A stretch of DNA of 64,000 nucleotides from Candidatus Woesearchaeota archaeon (GTDB taxonomy: Archaea; Nanobdellota; Nanobdellia; Woesearchaeales; JAGVYU01): the NCBI GenBank assembly GCA_043805595.1, contig JAZDHV010000006.1, positions 11,724 to 75,723 of the forward strand, given 5' to 3'. Positions 48,340 to 58,015 of the stretch are shown here, piece after piece (position 1 is the first letter of the stretch; each line of letters opens with the position of its first letter). The notes beneath the pieces were generated by a model. The model saw only the letters and a program-made list of their open reading frames with translations, ran no database searches and was not told the origin of the DNA. A program made the translations under genes and the position numbers.

Positions 48340-49771
48340 AATGACTCAAAAATATAGAAAAGTCTGGGAATCAAATTATTTGCCTTTTCTTTATGCTCAA
48401 TGGAATCTAGAGTCAAATCTGAAAGAGCTCAAGAAGAATCTAGGAGTCGGATACAGGAATTCAATTATTGTCGGTAGAAATAGTGCTTGTGAAACCTTTT
48501 ATTCAGAACAGGATATGGAAAGAGAATCTAAGATTGGGTTAAGCATATTCTCAGATAATGATAAGGCTAAGAAACTTTTAGGAAAGTCAAGGAATCTGGC
48601 AATAAATGGATTAAAGTTTAATACTGAATTGTTTAATTCAGATTTGTCTGAAAAGAATAATAAAGAGCTGCTAAAGAAATTCTTAAAGAATTATGATTTG
48701 ACTATAAAACTTTTTGGAGTCTATCATACAACTCAACCACAATGCTTTAAGCTTGTAAAAGAAGAATTGTCTAAATATCTGGAGACTAAAAAAATCAATC
48801 CTTTGATCTTGTTGGATCTAACAGTTCCAACTTCACCAAGCATTATAAAAAAATCAGAAATTGACTGGCACAAAATAGTATTAGATGATGATAAAGGAGG
48901 CATTATAGATTATCATGATAAATACAGATTTTTAGGCACTGAAGAGGGGATGCCTCATAAACCATTGAGCCATTTTATCAAAAAGTTTGATAACGATATT
49001 AAAATTGGGAAACACAAAATAAAAGATAAGATTGAAAAGATTATGGACTCCTTGGAATCAATCAAGTCAAAGCAAGATTTTATTATAAAGAAATATAAAA
49101 TATCTCCAGAAATTCAGGAATTGTCAAGATTAGTCCAGGATTTTAGCCATGCAAGGCTTGAAATAAGATTGGCTTGGGTAAGTGGTGAATGGGGTTGCAG
49201 GAAAATATTTGAGGAGATTGGAAAAAGATTTCAATTAAGTGTAAGTGACTTAGAAAATTACTCTAAAGAAGAGATTATTAAGTTGCTAGAGAAAGAAGAA
49301 AAGGTTGATCAACAAATAGTAAATGAAAGAAAAGAATTGTTTGTTGCATTCTTAAAAGACTCAAAATATGATTTTCTTACTGGAAATGAAGCTGAAAGGT
49401 ATTTTAAATTAAACAATCTGGATGAAAAAATTGATTTGTCAGAAGTTCATGGACAAACTGCTAATAAAGGATATGCAAAAGGAAAAGCAACTGTGATCAG
49501 GGCAGGATTCAGTCTAAATGATGAAATGAAAAAAATGCAAAAAGGAGATATCTTGATTGTGACTCAGACAAAGCCTCTGTTCATGCCAATAATCATGAAG
49601 GCAAGCGCAGTTGTCACAGATGAAGGAGGCATTACAGGCCATGCAGCTGTTGTTTCAAGAGAATTAAACATACCTTGCGTGATTGCTGCCCATAATGCGA
49701 CCAAAATGTTTAAAGATGGCGATTTAGTAGAAGTACAGGCTGATAAGGGGATTGTGAAGAAAATTATTTAG
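48314..49771 (+). CDS. PEP-utilizing enzyme mobile (swivel phosphohistidine) domain protein, paralog of 3434..4519
   Basis: 485 aa; C-terminal GGITGHAAVVSRELNIPCVIAA; region preceding swivel domain aligns with that of 3434..4519. Confidence 0.7.
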   Translation: MKMKVKVNKMTQKYRKVWESNYLPFLYAQWNLESNLKELKKNLGVGYRNSIIVGRNSACETFYSEQDMERESKIGLSIFSDNDKAKKLLGKSRNLAINGLKFNTELFNSDLSEKNNKELLKKFLKNYDLTIKLFGVYHTTQPQCFKLVKEELSKYLETKKINPLILLDLTVPTSPSIIKKSEIDWHKIVLDDDKGGIIDYHDKYRFLGTEEGMPHKPLSHFIKKFDNDIKIGKHKIKDKIEKIMDSLESIKSKQDFIIKKYKISPEIQELSRLVQDFSHARLEIRLAWVSGEWGCRKIFEEIGKRFQLSVSDLENYSKEEIIKLLEKEEKVDQQIVNERKELFVAFLKDSKYDFLTGNEAERYFKLNNLDEKIDLSEVHGQTANKGYAKGKATVIRAGFSLNDEMKKMQKGDILIVTQTKPLFMPIIMKASAVVTDEGGITGHAAVVSRELNIPCVIAAHNATKMFKDGDLVEVQADKGIVKKII

Positions 49772-50181
49772 TTATGATTGTGTGAATCATCTGGTTTCTT
49801 TAAATAATAATTTAAAACTAATCCTATAATAATCAATAAGATAAATGTGACTACTGCAGATATTTTTATTGAATTCAGAGGAAATGCCAAATAATAGGCT
49901 ATTGTTGAGAACAAACCTATTCCTATGAAGAAGGGGAGGAAAATCTTTTCATCCCTTTGCAAGTTGGTCTTTCTAAGGATTAAGTAGAATGGGAGAATGA
50001 AGAACAGGAAGATTATGATTATTGTGAGTAAGCCAGTTAATCCAAATATGGCTAATGAAAATACTGCAATGATTAGTGCAAGTCCAATGTTGAAATAAGG
50101 GTTGTTAATTTTCAATTTGATACACCCTGATATTTTCTCTATTATATGCAGGCTGGGAGTTGTTGAAGTTCTGTTGTTCAT
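49768..50181 (-). CDS. Small hydrophobic ORF overlapping 5' end of next membrane protein gene (possible frameshifted N-terminus)
   Basis: 137 aa, 3 TM; overlaps 50105..51670 in another frame by 77 nt. Confidence 0.3.
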   Translation of the reverse strand: MNNRTSTTPSLHIIEKISGCIKLKINNPYFNIGLALIIAVFSLAIFGLTGLLTIIIIFLFFILPFYLILRKTNLQRDEKIFLPFFIGIGLFSTIAYYLAFPLNSIKISAVVTFILLIIIGLVLNYYLKKPDDSHNHN

Positions 50182-51670
50182 TTGAGACTAATTGATCAAA
50201 TGTGTTTCGGTCACCTATAATAACAACATCACTATAATCATATATAACATGAGTATTTGGAATCCCTTGTTCCAATTCCTCAATATTAATGCCATTGAAA
50301 TGGCGCTGAGAGATGTACTGCATCCAGCGCTTCTTTGCCAATGAAGATGTACCCATATCTAGGATTACTGCAGATTCTAGAGTGTTCTCAGTCAGCCATT
50401 GAGAAACCTCAAATTGAGGCTGGTTAAGCCTTGATAGAGGTGATTCATAAAATGTGTTTAACATGTTTATTGAAGGTAGGATGTTGAAAATCAATGCAAG
50501 TGCAATAAAAATTATTATTAATGCATATTTTGCATAATCTTTTACTGGCTTTTTAAGTGGAATAAATGAGATTATTGCTAACAATCCAATTGCTGCTAAA
50601 GGTGCAAAAACCATGTTAGAAGCAGCTAATGAACGATGGACAAAAGGGCCTTTCCCAATGACATCTGCATGAATCACTATGTATAATGATACAATCCAGC
50701 CAAGCATGAAAATGTCCTGTGTTTTTCTTCTTAATGCAAGGAAGATTATTCCAAGCAGGATCAGAGGAATAATCCAGAGTCCGTTCATATCTGCAAATGA
50801 GAAATAAATCTCTGGAACACCTCCAAGATTGTCTGGCTTTTTAAACCAAGAGAATAATCTGCTGAAATCACCCTGAGTTCCTTCAACAGAAGGAGAGCCT
50901 TGGAAGGATTTTATCACATTTCCAGTCTGGTAAGGGAATATTGCGATTATTATCAAGAAAATTATTATAGGCAGAAACAATGTCTTCAGGTTGACTATGA
51001 AAATCTTTTTTTGTTTTATTGCCAAGAAAAGATAGATTATTGCCAATGCTGCCACTGAATGGAAAAAACCCATTGGATGGAGCAAGAGGTTGATAGCCAG
51101 TAGGACTGCTAATAGATACATGTAAATGGTCTTTTCTTCTTTTTTATTGTAATTGATGAAATACATGTAAAATAAGTAAATAATGATTGGAGTGAAAAAG
51201 TATGAGATCCTTTCAGGCCATTGGCCGAATAAGTAGACAAGAACATTCCTGCCTGCAAATGCAACCAGAATTGAGGAGAGGAAAGCAGGCCAGAATCCAT
51301 ACCATTTGTCAATTATGAAATAATTGATCAATACTATCAATGAGCAGAGGATTGCAATGAAAATGTAGAATGAGAGGAATCTGCTGTTTGTAAATGACTG
51401 CATTAGGGCTAGGTTTAAGTGGTAAGGAGGATGATACCAAAGTGTGTTCTCTTTGTAAGTATTGTCTAAACCATATCTATAATAGATGTATTTTGGCAGA
51501 TATATTATTGGCTGATCATAGGATGAAGTGTAATCTGCAACTGTGAAATGAGATGATGCGTCTACCTGGCCAAAAGGGATCTCATTTGTCCTTATAGGCT
51601 GTGTCCAGGTGAATATAGTGAAAAGGTAAAGGATTGTTATCATTAATATATGGATATGTTTGGATTTCAT
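50105..51670 (-). CDS. Large polytopic membrane protein with C-terminal soluble domain (GT-C fold-like)
   Basis: 521 aa; ~11 TM then ~120-aa hydrophilic C-terminus; architecture similar to 41588..43906 and 43910..45811. Confidence 0.45.
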   Translation of the reverse strand: MKSKHIHILMITILYLFTIFTWTQPIRTNEIPFGQVDASSHFTVADYTSSYDQPIIYLPKYIYYRYGLDNTYKENTLWYHPPYHLNLALMQSFTNSRFLSFYIFIAILCSLIVLINYFIIDKWYGFWPAFLSSILVAFAGRNVLVYLFGQWPERISYFFTPIIIYLFYMYFINYNKKEEKTIYMYLLAVLLAINLLLHPMGFFHSVAALAIIYLFLAIKQKKIFIVNLKTLFLPIIIFLIIIAIFPYQTGNVIKSFQGSPSVEGTQGDFSRLFSWFKKPDNLGGVPEIYFSFADMNGLWIIPLILLGIIFLALRRKTQDIFMLGWIVSLYIVIHADVIGKGPFVHRSLAASNMVFAPLAAIGLLAIISFIPLKKPVKDYAKYALIIIFIALALIFNILPSINMLNTFYESPLSRLNQPQFEVSQWLTENTLESAVILDMGTSSLAKKRWMQYISQRHFNGINIEELEQGIPNTHVIYDYSDVVIIGDRNTFDQLVSNEQQNFNNSQPAYNRENIRVYQIEN

Positions 51671-51702
51671 TATTATAAGTAAAAAGGTTAAATTATTTAA
51701 AT

Positions 51703-52182
51703 ATGACTAAAAAACTGATAAATATGGGTAAGAAATACATAGGTATTTTTGTGATATTAGGAATAGGAGTCCTATTAGCCAGTTCATATTATATATATTT
51801 AGAGCATGACAAATATTTTCCCTCAATCTCTGACATCAATAAAAACCCATCCAAATATGAGAATATGAAGGCAGAGATATGGGGATATTTAGAAGAGATA
51901 AATGAAACAGAATATTATGTCGCTTATAATTCTGATAGAATAAAAGTTTTTGGAAATAAAAGGAAGAATGATGATTCTATAAGGCAGGTGATGATAAGAG
52001 GAACTGTTGAAGAGGGAGCAGTAATTGAAGAAGAATTCCTAATGTTTGAGAAGGACAGCCTGATGTTTGGGCTTTCAATAGTTGGATTGATAGGATTCTT
52101 AACCATATTTTTTTATGATTGGAAGATTAAATTTAGGAAATCTAAGATTCCAATATTTCTTGACAGGAGGAAAAATGCCTGA
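51703..52182 (+). CDS. Small protein with N- and C-terminal TM segments
   Basis: 159 aa ORF; no recognised domain. Confidence 0.35.
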   Translation: MTKKLINMGKKYIGIFVILGIGVLLASSYYIYLEHDKYFPSISDINKNPSKYENMKAEIWGYLEEINETEYYVAYNSDRIKVFGNKRKNDDSIRQVMIRGTVEEGAVIEEEFLMFEKDSLMFGLSIVGLIGFLTIFFYDWKIKFRKSKIPIFLDRRKNA

Positions 52183-52645
52183 CTGGATATCACATCTTAT
52201 GCTAGGATTGATACTTGCAAAAGTATTCAGGGTAAAGAAGAAAAGCCTGGTGTTGTTAGGAGCGATCCTGCCAGATATTTTATTTCAATTCTATCATCTA
52301 AGCTTGTTTTTTAAGATACCTGAGAATACAGAATGGCTATTGGTTGGATTCCACCAGCCATTTGCAATGATAATATTATCATTGGTTATCCCATTTTTTT
52401 TCAAGCATGGTTATATAAAATCATTTTTTATGCTGACAATTGGGTGGATAGGGCATGTTGTTATTGACATAATCAATGTAGCCTCATTCAACCATGGAAT
52501 GATATTACTGCCATTCAGCTGGACAGTTGTCTCATTCGGCAGTTTTTATATTGCAGAATATTTTTTCTATATACTGCTGTTCGGAAATATTTACTTGCTT
52601 CTTATAATAATCGACTATTTTAGGTTTAAGAAAGTGGTATTTTAA
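52175..52645 (+). CDS. Membrane-bound metal-dependent hydrolase-like protein (DUF457/YdjM-like)
   Basis: Start at internal MPDWISHLMLG; conserved His-rich segments WISH, ILPD, GHVVIDI in a 4-5 TM protein. Confidence 0.4.
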   Translation: MPDWISHLMLGLILAKVFRVKKKSLVLLGAILPDILFQFYHLSLFFKIPENTEWLLVGFHQPFAMIILSLVIPFFFKHGYIKSFFMLTIGWIGHVVIDIINVASFNHGMILLPFSWTVVSFGSFYIAEYFFYILLFGNIYLLLIIIDYFRFKKVVF

Positions 52646-52703
52646 TATTGTTTTGTATTGATATTAAAGTTTTCAATTATTAGAAACATTTATAATTAAT
52701 ATA

Positions 52704-53756
52704 TTGTTCTTTATACCTATGGGGGGCTTTAGAATTTTAGTAATAAAATGCGGGGCATCAGGCGATGTAGTCAGGACTACTTTTATACTTCCTGGACTAA
52801 AGAAAAAACATAAGGGTTGTGATATCATTTGGGTGACTTCAAAATTCAATCTTGACCTGATAAAACATATTGACCTTATTGATGAGAAAATCGTATTTGA
52901 TGCAGATACAAAAGACAAGCTAAATGATGAATATGAAGTAGTTATTTCTTTAGATGATGAAAAAGCAATGTGTGAATTGGCAAGTTCTGTCAAAAGCAGG
53001 AAAATAATTGGAGCATACCTTGATCCTGATGGAAAAAGGAAGTATACAGATGATTCAGAACAATGGCTTGGAATGGGTTTGTTGAGGCCAGATGAGAAAG
53101 GTGGTAAAGAGAAAGCTGACAAACTCAAATTTGAGAACAAAAAAACCTATCAGCAGATTATTTCTGAAATATTAAGGATAGAGATGAACAAACCAATTGT
53201 CAGATATTCAGACAGTGAGACAGAGTTTGCAAGAAAATTTTCTGAAGAAAATGATATAAATAAAGATGATTTGGTCATTGGACTCAACACAGGTGCAGGA
53301 GGCAGATGGAAATACAAAAGAATAAGTGAAGAAAAAACAGCTGAACTAGCTGATAGATTAGTTAGGGGATTGGGAGCCAAAATCATATTATTTGGAGGGC
53401 CTGATGAGGTCGAGAGGAATAAAAAGATAATTGAGCTGGTCAATGAGCAAATAATTGATGCTGGATGCAATAACTCACTGCTTGAGTTTGCTGCACTAAT
53501 TGACCTGTGTGATGCAGTTGTGGCAAGCGACACACTTGGAATGCATCTGGGAATAGCACAAGACAAGAAAGTAGTGAGCTTTTTCGGCCCGACTCCTGCA
53601 GCTGAGATCGAGATGTATGGAAAAGGAGAAAAAATTGTGCCTGACAAAGACTGCCTGGTTTGCTATCTGATGGATTGCGATGAGAAAATTAAATGCATGG
53701 AATTGATAACATCTGATTTATTGTTTGATGCTGTGAAAAAGGTGCTTGGAAAATGA
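52704..53756 (+). CDS. GT9 family glycosyltransferase (heptosyltransferase-like), second copy
   Basis: 350 aa; N-terminal ILVIKCGASGDVVRTTFILPGLKK and C-terminal VASDTLGMHLGIAQDKKVVSFFGPTP GT9 signatures. Confidence 0.75.
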   Translation: MFFIPMGGFRILVIKCGASGDVVRTTFILPGLKKKHKGCDIIWVTSKFNLDLIKHIDLIDEKIVFDADTKDKLNDEYEVVISLDDEKAMCELASSVKSRKIIGAYLDPDGKRKYTDDSEQWLGMGLLRPDEKGGKEKADKLKFENKKTYQQIISEILRIEMNKPIVRYSDSETEFARKFSEENDINKDDLVIGLNTGAGGRWKYKRISEEKTAELADRLVRGLGAKIILFGGPDEVERNKKIIELVNEQIIDAGCNNSLLEFAALIDLCDAVVASDTLGMHLGIAQDKKVVSFFGPTPAAEIEMYGKGEKIVPDKDCLVCYLMDCDEKIKCMELITSDLLFDAVKKVLGK

Positions 53757-54460
53757 AGTCATTCGTAGTGGTGCCAACATATAATGAGAGCGAGAATATT
53801 CAGAATCTTCTTAATGAGCTGATCCAATTTGATATAGAAATTGTAGTAGTTGATGACAACAGCCCAGATGGGACTTCTGGGTTGGTTAAGGTAATGCAGA
53901 AGAAAAGCAAAAAGATACATCTGATAACAAGGACAACAGAGAGAGGGAGAGGGAGTGCAGGAATAGCTGGATTCAAGTATGCTTTGGCAAAAGGAGCAGA
54001 TGTTGCAGGTGAGATGGATGCTGATTATTCACATAATCCTAAGTATATCCCTAATATGCTTGAAAGAATAAAAGAATGTGATCTGGTACTTGGTTCTAGA
54101 CTGGTGAAGGGTGGAAAAGATATTGGAAGGCCATTATTGAGAAGGATAATCACAATATTAGCAAATCTTTATATACAAATAATACTAGGAATAAAAGCAA
54201 GGGATTGCAACTCAGGATACAGGTTTTTTAAGAGAAATGTGCTTGAAACAATCAATTTGGACAAAATGGTTTCTCAAGGGCCATCAATTGTGCAAGAGAT
54301 GCTTTACAAGACTCATCTTAAGGGATTTAAGATATGCGAGATACCTATAGAATTTGTTGAAAGGGAGAAAGGCAAATCAAAACTAGGGTTCAAACAATTA
54401 TACAAAGGATATATAATGGTATTAAAGCTCAAATGGTGGAGAATCACAGGAAGGATATGA
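53753..54460 (+). CDS. GT2 dolichyl-phosphate mannose/glucose synthase-like glycosyltransferase
   Basis: 235 aa; SFVVVPTYNESENI ... VVDDNSPDGT ... DADYSHNP; 4-nt overlap with upstream GT9. Confidence 0.8.
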   Translation: MKSFVVVPTYNESENIQNLLNELIQFDIEIVVVDDNSPDGTSGLVKVMQKKSKKIHLITRTTERGRGSAGIAGFKYALAKGADVAGEMDADYSHNPKYIPNMLERIKECDLVLGSRLVKGGKDIGRPLLRRIITILANLYIQIILGIKARDCNSGYRFFKRNVLETINLDKMVSQGPSIVQEMLYKTHLKGFKICEIPIEFVEREKGKSKLGFKQLYKGYIMVLKLKWWRITGRI

Positions 54461-55029
54461 ATATGGCAGATGAAGAATATAATGGAAGATGGAAAGTGCT
54501 TGAATCAGAATATTTAGTGCAGAACAAATGGGTGAATGTGAAAAGAGAGAAAATCAGATTACCCAATAATAAAATAATCAAAGATTATTATTTACTTGAA
54601 AGACCAGATTCTGTGATTGTTTTTTGCTTGACCAAACAAAACAAGATATTGATATTAAAACAATACAAGCATGGAGCGCAAGAAGAGATACAGGAGATTC
54701 CAGCAGGCATGATGGATGATAGAGAGTCTCCTGAAGACGCAGCAAGAAGAGAGGTTTTAGAAGAAACAGGATATAAGGTTGAGAATCTAGAAAAGATTGG
54801 AACAATATTTCTTGACCCAACTGCAACAAGAAGTACATGCCATATATATTTTGCAACTGGAGCTGAGAAAGTAGGTTCGCAAAAACTTGATGCAACTGAA
54901 GATATTACAGTCATGGAGATGACAAAAGAAGAAGTGCTTGGAAACCTGAAGAATTCAACAATCAATTCAGGTGTTGTTCCTGGAGCAATATTCTTAGGCC
55001 TTGAGAAGATGAAGGATATGGGAAAATGA
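54457..55029 (+). CDS. NUDIX hydrolase (ADP-sugar pyrophosphatase-like)
   Basis: Nudix box GMMDDRESPEDAARREVLEETG; start taken at MNMADEE. Confidence 0.8.
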   Translation: MNMADEEYNGRWKVLESEYLVQNKWVNVKREKIRLPNNKIIKDYYLLERPDSVIVFCLTKQNKILILKQYKHGAQEEIQEIPAGMMDDRESPEDAARREVLEETGYKVENLEKIGTIFLDPTATRSTCHIYFATGAEKVGSQKLDATEDITVMEMTKEEVLGNLKNSTINSGVVPGAIFLGLEKMKDMGK

Positions 55030-55122
55030 TAAAATCCAGGGGATTTTCAGGATGCCAAAAAAGGAAAAAAAATGGAGGAAGGAGAACTTTATAATTGAAT
55101 TATTGAGTTTTCCCTTTTTAGA

Positions 55123-56223
55123 ATGAGCCTGCTAAACAGAACAATAGGAATAATTGGAAATATTATATTTATCTTCAAGAAAAGAAAGATCAAGGAAGTG
55201 CTTGATCCTGAAAAAATACTGCTGATCAGATCTGCAAGCATAGGAGATGTGATGATGACAACTCCTGCAATCAAAGCATTGGCTGAGAAATATCCAAAAG
55301 CTAAGATTGATTATCTAGTTGGGAATTATTCAAAAAAAGTGTTAGAAGGAAATAATCATATTGATGAAATCATAGGATTTGATGAGGAAATCATCAGAAG
55401 GACAAAAATTGGAGGGATCATAAAGCTGATCAAAGAACTGAGGGCAAAGAAGTATGACTTATGCATTGTTTTTGACAAATCATGGATATGGGGATTATTC
55501 GCTTACCTCTGCAGGGTGAAATACAGGATTGGCTTCGACAGAAAAGGAGAAGGGTTTGCACATAATCTTAAAGTCAAGTTCAAGGGAGAAGAGTATGAGC
55601 TTGACTATAATAATTTATTATTAGGATTGCTTAAGATTGGAAATATAAGCAGACAGATGGAGATATTCATCTCTCCTGAAGAAAATAATGAGGCAGATGA
55701 AATTGTGAGAAAAGCAAAAACAAAGAGAACATTAATTGGGATTGCTCCAGGAGGGGCAAAGAATCCAGGGCAAGAGATGGACTCAAAAAGGCTGCCAAAA
55801 CCAAAATATGCCAAGATCTGCAATAAATTGATTGAGAAAAACAATATAATATTTTTTGGATCAAAAGAAGACAGTCATATAATATCTGATATCATGAAGC
55901 TTATGAAAACAAAACCCACAGACTTAAGCGGAAAATTAAGCCTGAAAGTGAGTGCAGCAGTTATTGGAAAATGTGATCTGTTCATATCCCATGATACAGG
56001 GCTGATGCATATAGCAGCTGCAATGAAAGTCCCTCAGATAGCAATATTCGGACCAACACCTCCAAAAAGGTTTTCACCAGAAAAAGCAAAAGTGGTTGCA
56101 GCAGGGCAGAAAAAAAGGTTATGTTATGACATGTATGGCAGATTTAACAAGAAATGCACATGCATACAGGAGATCAATGCAGATGAAGTCATTGAAGAAG
56201 CCAAGAGGATTCTTGGAGATTGA
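55123..56223 (+). CDS. GT9 family glycosyltransferase (heptosyltransferase-like), third copy
   Basis: 366 aa; ILLIRSASIGDVMMTTPAIKALAEKYP and ISHDTGLMHIAAAMKVPQIAIFGPTPP. Confidence 0.75.
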   Translation: MSLLNRTIGIIGNIIFIFKKRKIKEVLDPEKILLIRSASIGDVMMTTPAIKALAEKYPKAKIDYLVGNYSKKVLEGNNHIDEIIGFDEEIIRRTKIGGIIKLIKELRAKKYDLCIVFDKSWIWGLFAYLCRVKYRIGFDRKGEGFAHNLKVKFKGEEYELDYNNLLLGLLKIGNISRQMEIFISPEENNEADEIVRKAKTKRTLIGIAPGGAKNPGQEMDSKRLPKPKYAKICNKLIEKNNIIFFGSKEDSHIISDIMKLMKTKPTDLSGKLSLKVSAAVIGKCDLFISHDTGLMHIAAAMKVPQIAIFGPTPPKRFSPEKAKVVAAGQKKRLCYDMYGRFNKKCTCIQEINADEVIEEAKRILGD

Positions 56224-56915
56224 GATATGACAGCAAGTTTTTTATATACCTGAATATTACAGGTAATATGTGGACAGTAAAGGTAAAGATTAAGCATGAC
56301 TGCACAATTGGAGCAAGATGCAAAAAATTCAACTGCATCAGCTTTTCAATCTCTTTAAACCATTGGGAAGAAAAAGATTTTTATTACACTTCACAAAGGC
56401 ATACAATTGAGGGAAATAGGAAAAACATTAATGGATTTATTAAGGATTTGAAAAAAGACAAAAGAATCATTAATCTTGAGATTTCAAAAAACACTGTTTT
56501 TTTTATTGAGAAAAGAAAAAGGGGAGAAATCCCGAGTTCTCATTATAATCCAAGGATGTTCTTTGTAAAGCCTGTTTTTGTTGACAGAAATGGCTATGAG
56601 CTTTGGGAGTTGGCTTCTTGGAGAAAAGAAATCCTGATGAAGTTTGTCAATGACCTTAAAAAAGAAAAAAATGTGAAGATGAAGATTGAAAAATTCCAGA
56701 ATGTTAAGCTGGAAACAATTTATTTTCCGAAGATCATGCCAAAATTAAGTGATAAACAAAGAGAAGCTTTTCAGCTGGCTATTGAAAACAATTATTATGT
56801 TTTTCCAAGAAAAGCTGATTTGAAATATCTTGCCAGGCTTATGGGCGTGTCAGTTTCAACTTTTCAAGAGCATTTAAGAAGGGCTGAAGAAAAAATAATG
56901 CCAATTTATACTTGA
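56220..56915 (+). CDS. HTH_10 (bacterio-opsin activator-type) transcriptional regulator
   Basis: 231 aa; C-terminal LSDKQREAFQLAIENNYYVFPRKADLKYLARLMGVSVSTFQEHLRRAEEKI matches HTH_10 domain consensus. Confidence 0.65.
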   Translation: MRYDSKFFIYLNITGNMWTVKVKIKHDCTIGARCKKFNCISFSISLNHWEEKDFYYTSQRHTIEGNRKNINGFIKDLKKDKRIINLEISKNTVFFIEKRKRGEIPSSHYNPRMFFVKPVFVDRNGYELWELASWRKEILMKFVNDLKKEKNVKMKIEKFQNVKLETIYFPKIMPKLSDKQREAFQLAIENNYYVFPRKADLKYLARLMGVSVSTFQEHLRRAEEKIMPIYT

Positions 56916-56988
56916 TTCTAAATTGCATTGGATACCCTGATATTTACGGGTAAAAAATAAAATACCTAATAAGTACTACTAAAAAGTT

Positions 56989-57972
56989 ATGAAACCTGTT
57001 GAGACTACAGAAAATGGAAAACTCCAAATATGCATAGAAGAAAGAATAACTGAAAGAGAGCTAGACAAAAAATTGGAAGAAGAGATTTTAGAAGGAAGAT
57101 TATCTGGAGCAGAACATTGCTTTAGAGATTCAGTGCATTGGTATAATCTAGCCATGGGATATGTCAATCCATACAATATATCCAGAGTGCATGCTGAATT
57201 AGCATTGATTGAAAAGCATTCACAAGCTGTTAAAGCTTTTAATGTAAATTATCCTAATGATGATCCTTTGTTTGAAGCAATCAGAAGAAAGACTCTTGTT
57301 TTTTATGGAGTTGGAATTGGAGACACTGAAATGGAATTTGTAGATTGGCAGTTGAGATCAGACCATAATCCTGTCCAAGTCATAGGAATTGATGTCAATA
57401 AAGATTTTCTTGAGTGCTTTGCCATAGCCTTAAAGAACAGACTTATAGAAACCAGAATAACAGGAGGGTGTTCTAGTCACAAAACTATAATTACATATAA
57501 AGGCTTAAATGCCCTATTTGGACAGGTTACAAGAGAAGATATTAAGTTTGATGGATCAGAAGAACAAGGAAGCGCGAATATTTGTGTTGGCAGCACAATT
57601 GGGAATTTTTATTATGATAATGATATTTTCCGTATATTTGACAGAACTTCATCACTTGGAGATTCATTGATATTAGGTTTTCAGACAAACAGGCATCTTG
57701 ATATTTTATTTGAGAAGTATAGAAGAAATCCATTATTTGCTGAATTTGTATTAAGTTGGGTGCCAAAAAATGAACGATCTAAACTTGATTGGTTTTATGA
57801 TCCTCATAATGGTCTTATAATTGCTAAACATAAAAGTATTGAGGTTTTCAGATCAAGAAAGTATGATCCAGAAAGATTAACATTCCAGGTTCAATGCCAT
57901 GGTTTTGATTTGAAGTATCAGGATATTGACCAGGAAGGTAATACATGCATTCAGGTTTATGAGAAATTGTGA
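56989..57972 (+). CDS. Putative SAM-dependent methyltransferase, EgtD/Methyltransf_33-like
   Basis: 327 aa; VFYGVGIGDTEMEFV, VIGIDVNKDFL and VGSTIGNF resemble EgtD-family motifs; tentative. Confidence 0.4.
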   Translation: MKPVETTENGKLQICIEERITERELDKKLEEEILEGRLSGAEHCFRDSVHWYNLAMGYVNPYNISRVHAELALIEKHSQAVKAFNVNYPNDDPLFEAIRRKTLVFYGVGIGDTEMEFVDWQLRSDHNPVQVIGIDVNKDFLECFAIALKNRLIETRITGGCSSHKTIITYKGLNALFGQVTREDIKFDGSEEQGSANICVGSTIGNFYYDNDIFRIFDRTSSLGDSLILGFQTNRHLDILFEKYRRNPLFAEFVLSWVPKNERSKLDWFYDPHNGLIIAKHKSIEVFRSRKYDPERLTFQVQCHGFDLKYQDIDQEGNTCIQVYEKL

Positions 57973-58015
57973 GAAACCAACAAATTTAAAAACATCTATC
58001 TATTGATGTTCGATT

